From the IMG/VR virus record IMGVR_UViG_3300047160_002226, positions 1 through 64,000 of that record: 64,000 bases of DNA; one strand, 5' to 3'. Shown piece after piece: positions 56,067 through 64,000 of the stretch (within the stretch, counting starts at the first letter, position 1; each line of letters begins with the position of its first letter). This stretch comes from a virus. The position numbers and the translations under genes are program-made. The notes below the pieces were generated by a model. It searched no databases. It saw only the letters and a program-made list of their open reading frames with translations, and was not told where the DNA came from.

Positions 56067-56642
56067 ATGAACGAACCTTCTTTCGTCATCCCGCCCAATC
56101 CAGATGTGCCTTCGCCTCCTTGGGCGCAAGGTCTGTGGACTGGCGAAGGTCTGGAGACCACAGATCTAGAACAAGCGAAGCAGTTCCAAAGGGAACAGTT
56201 CGACCTGTTCTTCCCAAGACTCCCTATCAAGCGGCTCGACCGTAAGCGCACACCTTTCGACCCTATCCGTGGCGAACCTCAGCTTAGGTACGGTCCCACA
56301 GGACGTGTGCTTCCGCCTGATCGGCAGAAGCGTTTCCTAGCTCCTATCTACTATCCGACCTATCCTGACCACCATCCTCGTGAGAATACGCTCATAAAGT
56401 ACGGGATGGATCACCCTCGCGATGCAGCGTTCACTTACCTCGACTTCGTTCTCAGGGCCAACAACGTGATCCTTGTGCCTGGTGATTTGATCGAGTGGGA
56501 GGGCCAAGACTTCGAGATCAAGGCGATACAAGCTCCTACGATGGCATATTGGGTCAATACGCCATTTCATTTCTACTTCATTGCCTTCTGTGACCTCTAC
56601 AGGACAGAGGGTAATCGTGTGGAGTCGTGGCGTGATCCGTGA
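56067..56642 (+). CDS. gp14: neck/head closure protein (T4 gp14-like)
   Basis: Follows gp13; DP..GE, L.KYG......A.F and PGDLI.W.G..FEI. Confidence 0.65.
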   Translation: MNEPSFVIPPNPDVPSPPWAQGLWTGEGLETTDLEQAKQFQREQFDLFFPRLPIKRLDRKRTPFDPIRGEPQLRYGPTGRVLPPDRQKRFLAPIYYPTYPDHHPRENTLIKYGMDHPRDAAFTYLDFVLRANNVILVPGDLIEWEGQDFEIKAIQAPTMAYWVNTPFHFYFIAFCDLYRTEGNRVESWRDP

Positions 56643-57072
56643 GACTAGAGAAAAAGGAACGACTCCTGCCCAGGCCAAGCGCATGGCTGCTGGCGCTAAG
56701 AAGGGAATTGACAAGGAGTTCGAGAAAACCAAGAAGGGCGCTGAGCACGCTGCTCAGCGTCGGGCTGAAACATTCAAGAATGCGGTCATACAGAAGCTCC
56801 AGGCAGCGTCTACTTCTACAGGAACCTCAACGTCTCTTGGAGATGGGATACCTGCACTTATCGAGGCGCTAGAGGTTAAGCCGCAGCGTGTCCGAGGTAT
56901 GACAGGCTTTGTAATTGGACTCAAGAACCCAAAGGCTATCGACAAGGAAACAGGCAAGAGTCTTGAGACTATTGCTAAATCAATCGAATATGGAACCTCT
57001 GGGCAAAAACCCCTGTCACCGTGGCGGTGGGTCGCCCGTAGGATCGGAACCATCAAAGACACAGGACGCTAA
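56632..57072 (+). CDS. putative tail completion/neck protein
   Basis: GGAG site before GTG 56632; IAKSIEYGT....P..PWR is HK97 gp10/Mu gpG-like. Confidence 0.6.
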   Translation: MIRETREKGTTPAQAKRMAAGAKKGIDKEFEKTKKGAEHAAQRRAETFKNAVIQKLQAASTSTGTSTSLGDGIPALIEALEVKPQRVRGMTGFVIGLKNPKAIDKETGKSLETIAKSIEYGTSGQKPLSPWRWVARRIGTIKDTGR

Positions 57073-57104
57073 GAAGCCTGTCTTCTAGGTTGAAGGAGCT
57101 ACTC

Positions 57105-57494
57105 ATGGCAAATCTCGTTGGAAACCCAAGCGCACCGCTCAGTGGCGTCCGTAAGCTCTCGTTGGGCTCGGAAGTTGCCGAAGACCAGATCCATGGCGAG
57201 GTCGATAGCACCAATCAGGCTCTTCTGAACATGATTGTTGCCGCCAATCCTGGCCTGGCTGGTTCAGGTGGCGCTGTGGCAATGGAGGCGTTCACTCTCG
57301 TCGCTGCTCAGACGGATGTCATCCTCTCCAGGGATGCCACAGCTCTCATTGGCGTGATCGGCTTCTCGCCAGAACCAGGGGCCATCGTCGCCGCGCTCGG
57401 TATCACTGGAGCCACGATTGACGGCACGAACCATGCGAAGGTTGACCTTGCTGGTACTGTTACCGCAGGTCAGCTCCTAGTTCTCTACAAGTAA
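57105..57494 (+). CDS. hypothetical virion protein
   Basis: AAGGAG site before ATG 57105. Confidence 0.65.
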   Translation: MANLVGNPSAPLSGVRKLSLGSEVAEDQIHGEVDSTNQALLNMIVAANPGLAGSGGAVAMEAFTLVAAQTDVILSRDATALIGVIGFSPEPGAIVAALGITGATIDGTNHAKVDLAGTVTAGQLLVLYK

Positions 57495-57530
57495 GCGCAG
57501 AGAGCAAGCGCTTAGTGTCAAAGGTATCCT

Positions 57531-58373
57531 GTGGTCTTCGACGGAACGTGGTCAAATGACCCGACAATGCCTGGCGTACGCGCTGATCGGTATCTACCGA
57601 ACACGCCAGATCAACTGGCAGCGTACGACCAGGCTTTGTTCTGTTGGCTTCGCAGGATGACTTTTGATTATGGTTCGGAAGGCCATCCAGTTATTGAGCC
57701 TCTTCGTGTAGTGAAGGCTACTCCTGAGCGGGCATTCGCTGAGCTTGCTTACAAGGAGAAGCTAGAGGACTACGAGACAAAGCAGGATCAACTACCTCTT
57801 CCATTGTGCTCATTTGTTCGCACGGATCTAACTCCAGATAAGTCGCGTTTCAGAGTTAGCAAGTTCCATGCGTCGTATACGAATCCGCCGAACATGCTTT
57901 ATCCTCGTGCGTCTACAAAGGATGAGATTTACAGGGGATGCTATCCCCAGCCTTACAACCTCACATATCAGCTTGACTTTTGGGCTAGATACGAAGCCAC
58001 AATTGACCAGATACGAGTGTGGCTAGCTCTTGCAGTTCGGTATCTGACTTATTTCTATCTGCCTGTGAACTTCTCTTCACTCCCAGGATTCGGTCGGTTC
58101 TTTCAGAACCAGAATGTGTATGTGACGTTTAGTGGTTTGCAAGACGCTTCTGACCTGGAACCTGGAGCAGAGCAGCGTATCGAGCGGGTGACATCGACTC
58201 TTGACGTTCAGGGCTGGTTCTTCTTCCCAGAAGAAACGCAGAAGACGGTTCTCGACGGAATTGTGGATGTCTCCATTACTACCGAGGTTGGTGTCGATCT
58301 CGATACGGTAGACCCTGCAACGCTTATCACAGAGCGCGTCGAGGTGAAGGCAGACGTAGCAGAAGGCAAATGA
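57531..58373 (+). CDS. gp15: tail terminator/sheath stabiliser (T4 gp15-like)
   Basis: ATPERAF, LPL.SF.R, PQPYNLTYQL.FW and R....L.V.GW. Confidence 0.8.
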   Translation: MVFDGTWSNDPTMPGVRADRYLPNTPDQLAAYDQALFCWLRRMTFDYGSEGHPVIEPLRVVKATPERAFAELAYKEKLEDYETKQDQLPLPLCSFVRTDLTPDKSRFRVSKFHASYTNPPNMLYPRASTKDEIYRGCYPQPYNLTYQLDFWARYEATIDQIRVWLALAVRYLTYFYLPVNFSSLPGFGRFFQNQNVYVTFSGLQDASDLEPGAEQRIERVTSTLDVQGWFFFPEETQKTVLDGIVDVSITTEVGVDLDTVDPATLITERVEVKADVAEGK

Positions 58374-58376
58374 GAA

Positions 58377-58565
58377 GTGAGTAACGCAGAGTACCATATT
58401 GATAAGGGGATCACTGTTATCGCCAAGCGGCTATATGAAGACGACTTCCCCGCTAACTTCACGATACTTTGCTTCAACTGTAACTGCGGAAAAGCTCGAA
58501 ATAACGGCATAGGTCCGCGTCAAGTTGAAGCATTTTGCTCCTCTCACGAGGAAAACGGAGCCTAA
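58377..58565 (+). pseudogene. remnant C-terminus of an HNH-type endonuclease
   Basis: FPANFTILCFNCNCGK is present, but the upstream CxxC/DH half is missing. Confidence 0.55.
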
Positions 58566-58567
58566 CT

Positions 58568-61219
58568 ATGGGTGGTGTCTTCGTTAGTCCAGGCGTATAT
58601 GTTCTGGAACAAGATCTCTCGGATTACGTTCCCGCTCTAGCAAGCTCGATCTTCGGAGTAGTTGGTGCTGCTTCGTGGGGTCCGATAAACGTACTCACCG
58701 ATACCACGAATGAGAACTCGTTGGTCAATACCTTCGGTGCGCCAGCTCTTGGTGCTCTCGTAGATACGCAGCGTCTCATCTACAAGCCGCTCTATCCTGC
58801 GATCATCGCCATGATCCAGTATCTCCGTCAGGGACAACAGGGCAAGTTCGTCCGTGTCTCCGATGGAACGGATGCTCCTGCAACGGCGCAGCTCCCAGAC
58901 AATGGAACGCCTGCCGTGGCAACAGGCACCATCGACGTTTCAGGTACGAAAGATCTCAGCGTCGATCACTTGGTCAACGTTTCGGTCAACGGTGGACCTC
59001 CAGTCCTGGTCGATCTTCGTCAAGGCGCCGTAGACGATACACAAGTCACTGCAGCCGAGATGCTCACCGCTCTCCAGAACCAGCTCATCTCTCAGCCTGT
59101 GCTAGCTTCTCTCCAGACGGTCGGCGCAGCGAAGTACCTCGCTCTCACGACAACGACTGGTGGCTCAACAAAGAGCATCGTCTTCACAGCACCTCCAGGT
59201 GGTGGTGCAACTCCAGCATCGCTAGATTCGGCTGCTGGTCCGTTCAACCTACAGTTCATCCCATCACCACAGCTCAGTCTCAAGATCGACGGTGGAGCCC
59301 AGCAGGACTTCGCGTTCACTGGTGTTAGCGCGAAAGCAACGACAAGTGTTGCTCCGTTCAATCTTGCACCGATTGGCGCTGTCAACCAGTCGTTCGCGGT
59401 TCAGGTGAAGTTGCCTGGTCAAACGGGCTTCTTCACGCAGCAGACGATCACCTTCGATCCTCTGGCGACGAATTATACCTTTGCCAGCATGGCTGCAGCA
59501 ACGAACCTTGAAACCGCTGCAGCTATCAATGCTCAAGCGGTTGGCTTCTACGCAGAAGCTCCAACTTCTGGTCCAGACGCAGGCAAGGTCGTCATCGCCA
59601 CGGATAAAGAGGGCTCTGGTGCGCAGCTCAATCTCATCAGCGGTTCTGCGCTCACCTCTCTCGGTCTCACGCCTGGTATCACGAATGGCACAGGCACCGT
59701 AGCGGACCTCTCTGCAGTGTCAACTGCAGATGTCGTAACTGTCGTTTCTGCCACGATCCTGAATGCGACATGCACGCTCGTCAGCAACCTCGCTGTTCTC
59801 ACGACGGCGTCTGTCGGTGCGACCTCAGAGATCCAGATCCTCAACGGCTCTGGCATGTTCGCTGGGACGGTCTTCGGATCTGCTGCTTCCGCAACAGCGG
59901 ATGCTACAGGTATCGTCTTCTTCTCTCCGCTTCCTCCGTATCCGATCACTTACACAGGATCGGGTCCTCTTGGAACGGTTCTTGTCACAGCGCTCTACAG
60001 CGGCACACGTGGTAACACGATTGCCGTCAAGGTCGGGCCTGGCAAGCTGGTAGGTAACAAGTATACGGTCAACGTCAACGGTCTCGATGCTGAGGTCTTT
60101 GACAACGTCGTGCGTCTGCCAACTACGGGTCAGACTGACATCACGATGGTCGTCTCGTCGTGGATCACGTTGGCTGGACTCACGGGTCCTGGTACATCAA
60201 CGAACAATCCAGCAACGGGCACCTATCCGCTTACGGGTGGCTCTGACGGTATGGCAGGGCTCAATGCAGGGTCCTACATCGGCTCGATCCAGGGCAACAA
60301 GATCACAGGGCTCCAGCTCTTCAAGGACGGCGATGCTGTTGACGTGAACATCCTCGCGGTTCCTGGCGACCTTGACAACGGAATCTATCCTGGTCAAGTC
60401 GGGTTCGTAGACGTTCTCGGCCCTGTCGAGGCAGCTCTAGACGAGATCTGCTCTGGACGCGGTGACTGTATGTTCGTCATCGACCCTCCGCTTGGTCTCC
60501 AGGTGGATAGTGGTGGCCTGACACCATCGGTCGTTGACTGGCATAACGGGCAGGCTGGCTACAACCATGCCGCCTTCAACACGAGCTACGGCGCAACCTA
60601 CTGGTCGCACGTCGAGTGGTACGACAACTACTCGCAGGCGAACATCTGGGCATCGCCCTCTGGCTTCGCTGCGCAGGCGTATGCCTTCACGGACTTCAAC
60701 GCAGACCCGTGGTTTGCACCCGCTGGCTACGTGCGCGGTGTCATCAAGGAAGGTCTGGCTGTCGAGCATTCGCCTGACCAGGGCCAGCGCGACAATATGT
60801 ATAGCGGTGGCAACTCTGTCAACCCGATAGTCAATTTCCACTCTGCTGGCATCATCATCTTCGGTCAGCGCACGCTGCAGCGTCAGCCAACGGCGCTCGA
60901 CCGTATCAATGTCCGTCGTCTGATGCTGTATCTGCGCAAGGTCATTGCAACGTCTGTCAAGCGTCTTCTCTTCGAGCCGAATGATAAGGGAACATGGACG
61001 CGGTTCATCAACCTCGTTGAGCCGTTCATGCGGTCTGTTCAGGCGCGTCGTGGTGTCACGGACTTCAAGGTCATCATGGACGAGACAACGAACACGCCTG
61101 ACGTTATCAATCGGAACGAGATGCACGGTCGAATCCTTCTCATCCCAACCAAGGCTGCGGAGGTTCTCGTCATCGAGTTCACGCTGCTCCCAACAGGAGC
61201 AACGTTCGCTCAGGTGTAA
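58568..61219 (+). CDS. gp18: contractile tail sheath protein (T4 gp18-like) with inserted domains
   Basis: FVSPGVYV.E.D.S, G.A.WGP, PWFAPAG..RG, NP.V.F...G..I.GQRTL, LDRINVRRL, LFEPND and DETTNTP.VI.RNE. Confidence 0.97.
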   Translation: MGGVFVSPGVYVLEQDLSDYVPALASSIFGVVGAASWGPINVLTDTTNENSLVNTFGAPALGALVDTQRLIYKPLYPAIIAMIQYLRQGQQGKFVRVSDGTDAPATAQLPDNGTPAVATGTIDVSGTKDLSVDHLVNVSVNGGPPVLVDLRQGAVDDTQVTAAEMLTALQNQLISQPVLASLQTVGAAKYLALTTTTGGSTKSIVFTAPPGGGATPASLDSAAGPFNLQFIPSPQLSLKIDGGAQQDFAFTGVSAKATTSVAPFNLAPIGAVNQSFAVQVKLPGQTGFFTQQTITFDPLATNYTFASMAAATNLETAAAINAQAVGFYAEAPTSGPDAGKVVIATDKEGSGAQLNLISGSALTSLGLTPGITNGTGTVADLSAVSTADVVTVVSATILNATCTLVSNLAVLTTASVGATSEIQILNGSGMFAGTVFGSAASATADATGIVFFSPLPPYPITYTGSGPLGTVLVTALYSGTRGNTIAVKVGPGKLVGNKYTVNVNGLDAEVFDNVVRLPTTGQTDITMVVSSWITLAGLTGPGTSTNNPATGTYPLTGGSDGMAGLNAGSYIGSIQGNKITGLQLFKDGDAVDVNILAVPGDLDNGIYPGQVGFVDVLGPVEAALDEICSGRGDCMFVIDPPLGLQVDSGGLTPSVVDWHNGQAGYNHAAFNTSYGATYWSHVEWYDNYSQANIWASPSGFAAQAYAFTDFNADPWFAPAGYVRGVIKEGLAVEHSPDQGQRDNMYSGGNSVNPIVNFHSAGIIIFGQRTLQRQPTALDRINVRRLMLYLRKVIATSVKRLLFEPNDKGTWTRFINLVEPFMRSVQARRGVTDFKVIMDETTNTPDVINRNEMHGRILLIPTKAAEVLVIEFTLLPTGATFAQV

Positions 61220-61261
61220 TCAATCTATCGCCTCTACTAAGAGCGATAAGGGAGCATCACT

Positions 61262-61816
61262 ATGCCGCTTACTGGTGATATGTCAGCGGGTGTCTACGAC
61301 ACCTTGGAACCGCAGCGCCAGGATAATTGGATCCTAGATATAGCTCCACCTGGTTCTGGGTCTACGTCTATCGGTGACGCCATCAAGCTGGCAATCCAGG
61401 TGATGGCGCTTCCGAACGAAACGACCGATCTGGTCGAACTGCATTACCTCAATGAGCGTCGGCACTATGCTGGCAAGACGCTCTATGAGGGCGGTACGAT
61501 CCAGTGCGTTGATTTCATCGATCAACACATCGCTACGCAGATCAATGCTTGGCGTCGGCTCGTTTACAATCCACTGAACGGTAAGGTCGGCTGGAAGGCC
61601 AACTATGCTGGGCAGGGGAACATCTGGCTCTACGCGCCGAACGGTCAAGGCGAGCGTATGTGGGAGCTTCGTGGTCTATGGCCCTCATCTGTCAATTGGG
61701 GCGGCTTGGACTACAACTCAGGCGATAAGGTTCTGATCGACATCACGCTTGTCTACGACAAGGCTGTCTTCAAGAACACTGAGCCAGCTTCTACCACGCC
61801 GATTGACACGAACTGA
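61262..61816 (+). CDS. gp19: tail tube protein (T4 gp19-like)
   Basis: EPQRQ.NW, Y.N....YAGK, W.L.GLWP....G.LDY and L.YD; follows the sheath gene. Confidence 0.9.
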   Translation: MPLTGDMSAGVYDTLEPQRQDNWILDIAPPGSGSTSIGDAIKLAIQVMALPNETTDLVELHYLNERRHYAGKTLYEGGTIQCVDFIDQHIATQINAWRRLVYNPLNGKVGWKANYAGQGNIWLYAPNGQGERMWELRGLWPSSVNWGGLDYNSGDKVLIDITLVYDKAVFKNTEPASTTPIDTN

Positions 61817-61871
61817 TATAACGTAACCGTCTGCTTCTGGTATTTTGCACCTGGACCTCTGGAGGTCTGTT

Positions 61872-62717
61872 ATGGAAAACGTCAATACAAGCCCCGTCCA
61901 GGCTCAGCCTGGCGGGGCTCCTGCCGTTACACCGCAGCAGCCACGTGATGCCTTTGATATCAAGGATCTAATCACCGATATCACTTTCCCTTCAAAGGGA
62001 CAGTTCTATGGTGACAAGCTTCCCGATGGGAAGGCCAAGATTCGTGGTTGGCGCACTTCTGAGATCAAGCTCATTGCCAACGCACGTAGGGGCTCTCCAA
62101 ACCAGCTAGAGCAAGCTCTGGATCGCGTCGTAGATAACTGTCTTATCCTCCCTAGCACCATGAAGTCTGGTGATCTTCTCTATACTGATGGCTTCTACGC
62201 CATGCTGATGCAACGTATCCTCACCTACAACGAGACATACAAGACAGAGATCAAGTGTGACTCGTGTGGTTTCAAGGATCCGTCAGTGTCGATTGATCTC
62301 ATGAAGGATCTCGACGTGATCTGGATAAAGCCAGAGATCCGTGAGCCAATCATAGTCGCTCTTCCGCATCAGGGAGCTGATATCGGTTTGCGCCTTCTCA
62401 GGCGCAGTGACACCATCAAGATCTCAAAGTACGCTGACCAGAAGATGCAGCAGAGTCCTGACCTTGGCGATCCAGCTTTTACCTATCGCCTCGCTCTCCA
62501 GATCGACACCATTGACAACGAAAAGGTCGATCTTGGTAAGAAGGTGGCATGGGTTGATAATCTTCTCGCCAAAGACCTCGTTGTCCTCAGCGATGCACTT
62601 GAAGGCGCTGTATCTGGCGTTGATCCGAAGATTCGCCACGAGTGCAGGAAGTGTGGTGAGACTGATGAGATTCTTCTTCCACTCTCGCTAGACTTTTTTC
62701 GTCCAAGGTCTGCCTGA
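61872..62717 (+). CDS. tail assembly chaperone / T4 gp26-like baseplate hub protein
   Basis: FPSKG.FY, DLL..D...., two CxxC pairs and a terminal L.L.LDFF; lies between tube and tape measure genes. Confidence 0.75.
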   Translation: MENVNTSPVQAQPGGAPAVTPQQPRDAFDIKDLITDITFPSKGQFYGDKLPDGKAKIRGWRTSEIKLIANARRGSPNQLEQALDRVVDNCLILPSTMKSGDLLYTDGFYAMLMQRILTYNETYKTEIKCDSCGFKDPSVSIDLMKDLDVIWIKPEIREPIIVALPHQGADIGLRLLRRSDTIKISKYADQKMQQSPDLGDPAFTYRLALQIDTIDNEKVDLGKKVAWVDNLLAKDLVVLSDALEGAVSGVDPKIRHECRKCGETDEILLPLSLDFFRPRSA

Positions 62718-63012
62718 AACTACTCAACTTCTCGACCAGTTTTTCGAGTTGGTGTATTACGGTCGATTTGCAGAAACTTCCTATCTAGAAGATTTGCCCT
62801 GGCGCGACTTCCTCTATCTGCATCGCAAGCTAGTGCAAACGAAGAAAGATGAGAAGGAGGCACATGAACGTGCCTCTGCATCGGGTGGAAAAGCCACTCG
62901 TACTGCAGGCCCACCTTCTACCAATCTGCCAAAACCGCCTTCACCAACGTCTCCTCTACCGAAGCCACCTCGCAGCATGATGCTGCCCCGTGGGAAACCG
63001 CCTCGTAGGTAA
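62692..63012 (+). CDS. gp51-like/gpT-like chaperone extension, probably reached by frameshift
   Basis: The frame opens at 62692 just after TAG and overlaps GAC TTT TTT CGT. It reads ...QFFELVYYGRF....LEDLPW.D...L...L...K..E and has no clear ribosome-binding site. Confidence 0.65.
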   Translation, partial: TFFVQGLPETTQLLDQFFELVYYGRFAETSYLEDLPWRDFLYLHRKLVQTKKDEKEAHERASASGGKATRTAGPPSTNLPKPPSPTSPLPKPPRSMMLPRGKPPRR

Positions 63013-63026
63013 AAAGGTCGAGAACC

Positions 63027-64000
63027 GTGCCTGATCCGTCGAACACCTTTCTCTTTACCATCGCGGTCAAGAACCTTGCGACGGAAGTGCTCAAGGACAG
63101 CGAAAAGCTATTTACTAGCTTGGGCGATGTCACAAGCAATGTCGCGAAGGGTCTCGGTCTAGTCAACGACGCCCAGCTCGAAATGATAAAGACTGGCGCC
63201 AAGGAGATGGCAGCGACCTTCGGCCAGGGCCTTCTCCCTACATTCCTGCTAGGCAAGCTTGACAAGATCGGCTTCGGTAAGGAGTCGAAGCTCGCTTTGG
63301 ACTTCATGAAGGACTTGAACACCACGCTCAAGCAAGATTTCGGGAAGAGTCTCAAAGACATTCTCGGAATGATGAAGAACATGGATGCCAAGGGCATCGT
63401 TAAGTCCTTGCTGGCTGGGTTCGCGAAGCAAAAGGTCATGCAAGCGTTCGTCACTGTCATGCAGATGGCAACTGATGAAGCCTTTAAGCTCAACGATGCT
63501 GTCATAGCGATACGCCAAAACTTCCGTATGACAACCAAGGAAGCCTCTGACCTTGGTGATTCCATGGTCAATGCAGCGATAAATACTGGTTCCTCTCTCG
63601 ATGAAGCTGCAGACGCGGCTGGTGCTCTAGCGAAGGTAAACCTTCGTGGAGCTAAGAATATGGATGAATACGGCGAACTAACGCTCAAGATGTCCCAGGC
63701 GTGGGGCATGAGTGCTCTCGAAGCCGCCGAATTCGAGAAGACGGCCAATAAGATCTACGGTGTTGGAGCCGCAGGGCTTACTGGCATCGCCTCAGCCTTT
63801 GACCGCATTGGCCGTACATCGATGATGAGTCGCAAGGAGCTTGTCGAATTCAGTAAATCACTTACGCCACTTTTGCTTCGGATTCCTAAGACTCTTCGTT
63901 CACAAGTTGCCCCACAAGTCATCGCAACAATCGGTGCTATATCCGCAGAATTCAAAGATATGGGCATTGATCCACAATTCGTTGTCGAAAAACTCCAAGC
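63027..64000 (+). CDS. tape measure protein, 5' part (runs off the window)
   Basis: GTG 63027 opens a frame with no stop to the window end (MPDPSNTFLFTIAVKN...). It is Ala/Leu/Lys-rich and helical, and sits after the chaperones. Absent from the ORF track because it is incomplete. Confidence 0.8.
   Translation, partial: MPDPSNTFLFTIAVKNLATEVLKDSEKLFTSLGDVTSNVAKGLGLVNDAQLEMIKTGAKEMAATFGQGLLPTFLLGKLDKIGFGKESKLALDFMKDLNTTLKQDFGKSLKDILGMMKNMDAKGIVKSLLAGFAKQKVMQAFVTVMQMATDEAFKLNDAVIAIRQNFRMTTKEASDLGDSMVNAAINTGSSLDEAADAAGALAKVNLRGAKNMDEYGELTLKMSQAWGMSALEAAEFEKTANKIYGVGAAGLTGIASAFDRIGRTSMMSRKELVEFSKSLTPLLLRIPKTLRSQVAPQVIATIGAISAEFKDMGIDPQFVVEKLQ

Noticed and set aside
58568-61219. Intein explaining the long sheath or protease genes
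   Set aside because: No C/S...HN-C/S/T splice motifs or LAGLIDADG blocks were seen.
4271-61872. Long upstream starts in the ORF track (4271, 6794, 13361, 34920, 38853, 48268, 49323, 56581, 58535, 61845)
   Set aside because: They overlap upstream genes or hairpins; downstream starts with an RBS or stop-start coupling were used instead.
62918-63967. Minus-strand ORFs of 276, 89 and 70 aa
   Set aside because: They are shadows of the + strand tape measure gene, which the track omits because it lacks a stop.
1-64000. tRNA, rRNA, reverse transcriptase (DGR/retron), integrase or transposase
   Set aside because: None recognised by eye and the intergenic gaps are short. tRNAscan-SE and Infernal were not run, so small RNAs cannot be fully excluded.
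1-64000. Stop-codon reassignment
   Set aside because: Core genes are intact under the standard code, and TAG, TGA and TAA all end genes followed by new starts.

Overview
This window is part of a large (probably jumbo) contractile-tailed phage genome with T4-like morphogenesis genes. All credible genes lie on the + strand and are tightly packed. 0.2-6.8 kb holds nucleotide-metabolism and accessory genes: an R2K-type ATP-grasp enzyme, an RlaP-type Pol-beta nucleotidyltransferase, ThyX, a DUF6492-like glycosyltransferase, a SLOG protein and zinc-ribbon proteins. 6.8-18 kb, plus scattered genes out to 54.7 kb, encodes an unusual family of modular low-complexity proteins. 18-48 kb encodes fibre, spike and decoration proteins (collagen, LamG, IPT/TIG, Gly-rich) interrupted by HNH and EndoVII nucleases. 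49-64 kb is the head-tail core: a gp21 protease fused to a scaffold-like coil, gp23 capsid, gp13/gp14 neck, gp15, gp18 sheath, gp19 tube, a chaperone pair probably joined by a frameshift, and the start of the tape measure protein. The best candidate for a new system is a capsid-cargo polyprotein system. Two recurring helical tag modules (about 10 and about 8 copies) and acidic spacers alternate with cargo segments bounded by gp21-type L/I-x-E sites. The cargo includes His/Gly/Ala-rich helical hairpins, cationic peptides resembling antimicrobial peptides, a protamine-like peptide, a receiver domain, HTH, zinc-finger and DUF6582-like domains. Other signals are a recurring hairpin+TGTAC intergenic element, a two-state RNA structure and a +1/-2 frameshift site. 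All family assignments come from motif recognition by eye; no searches were run.
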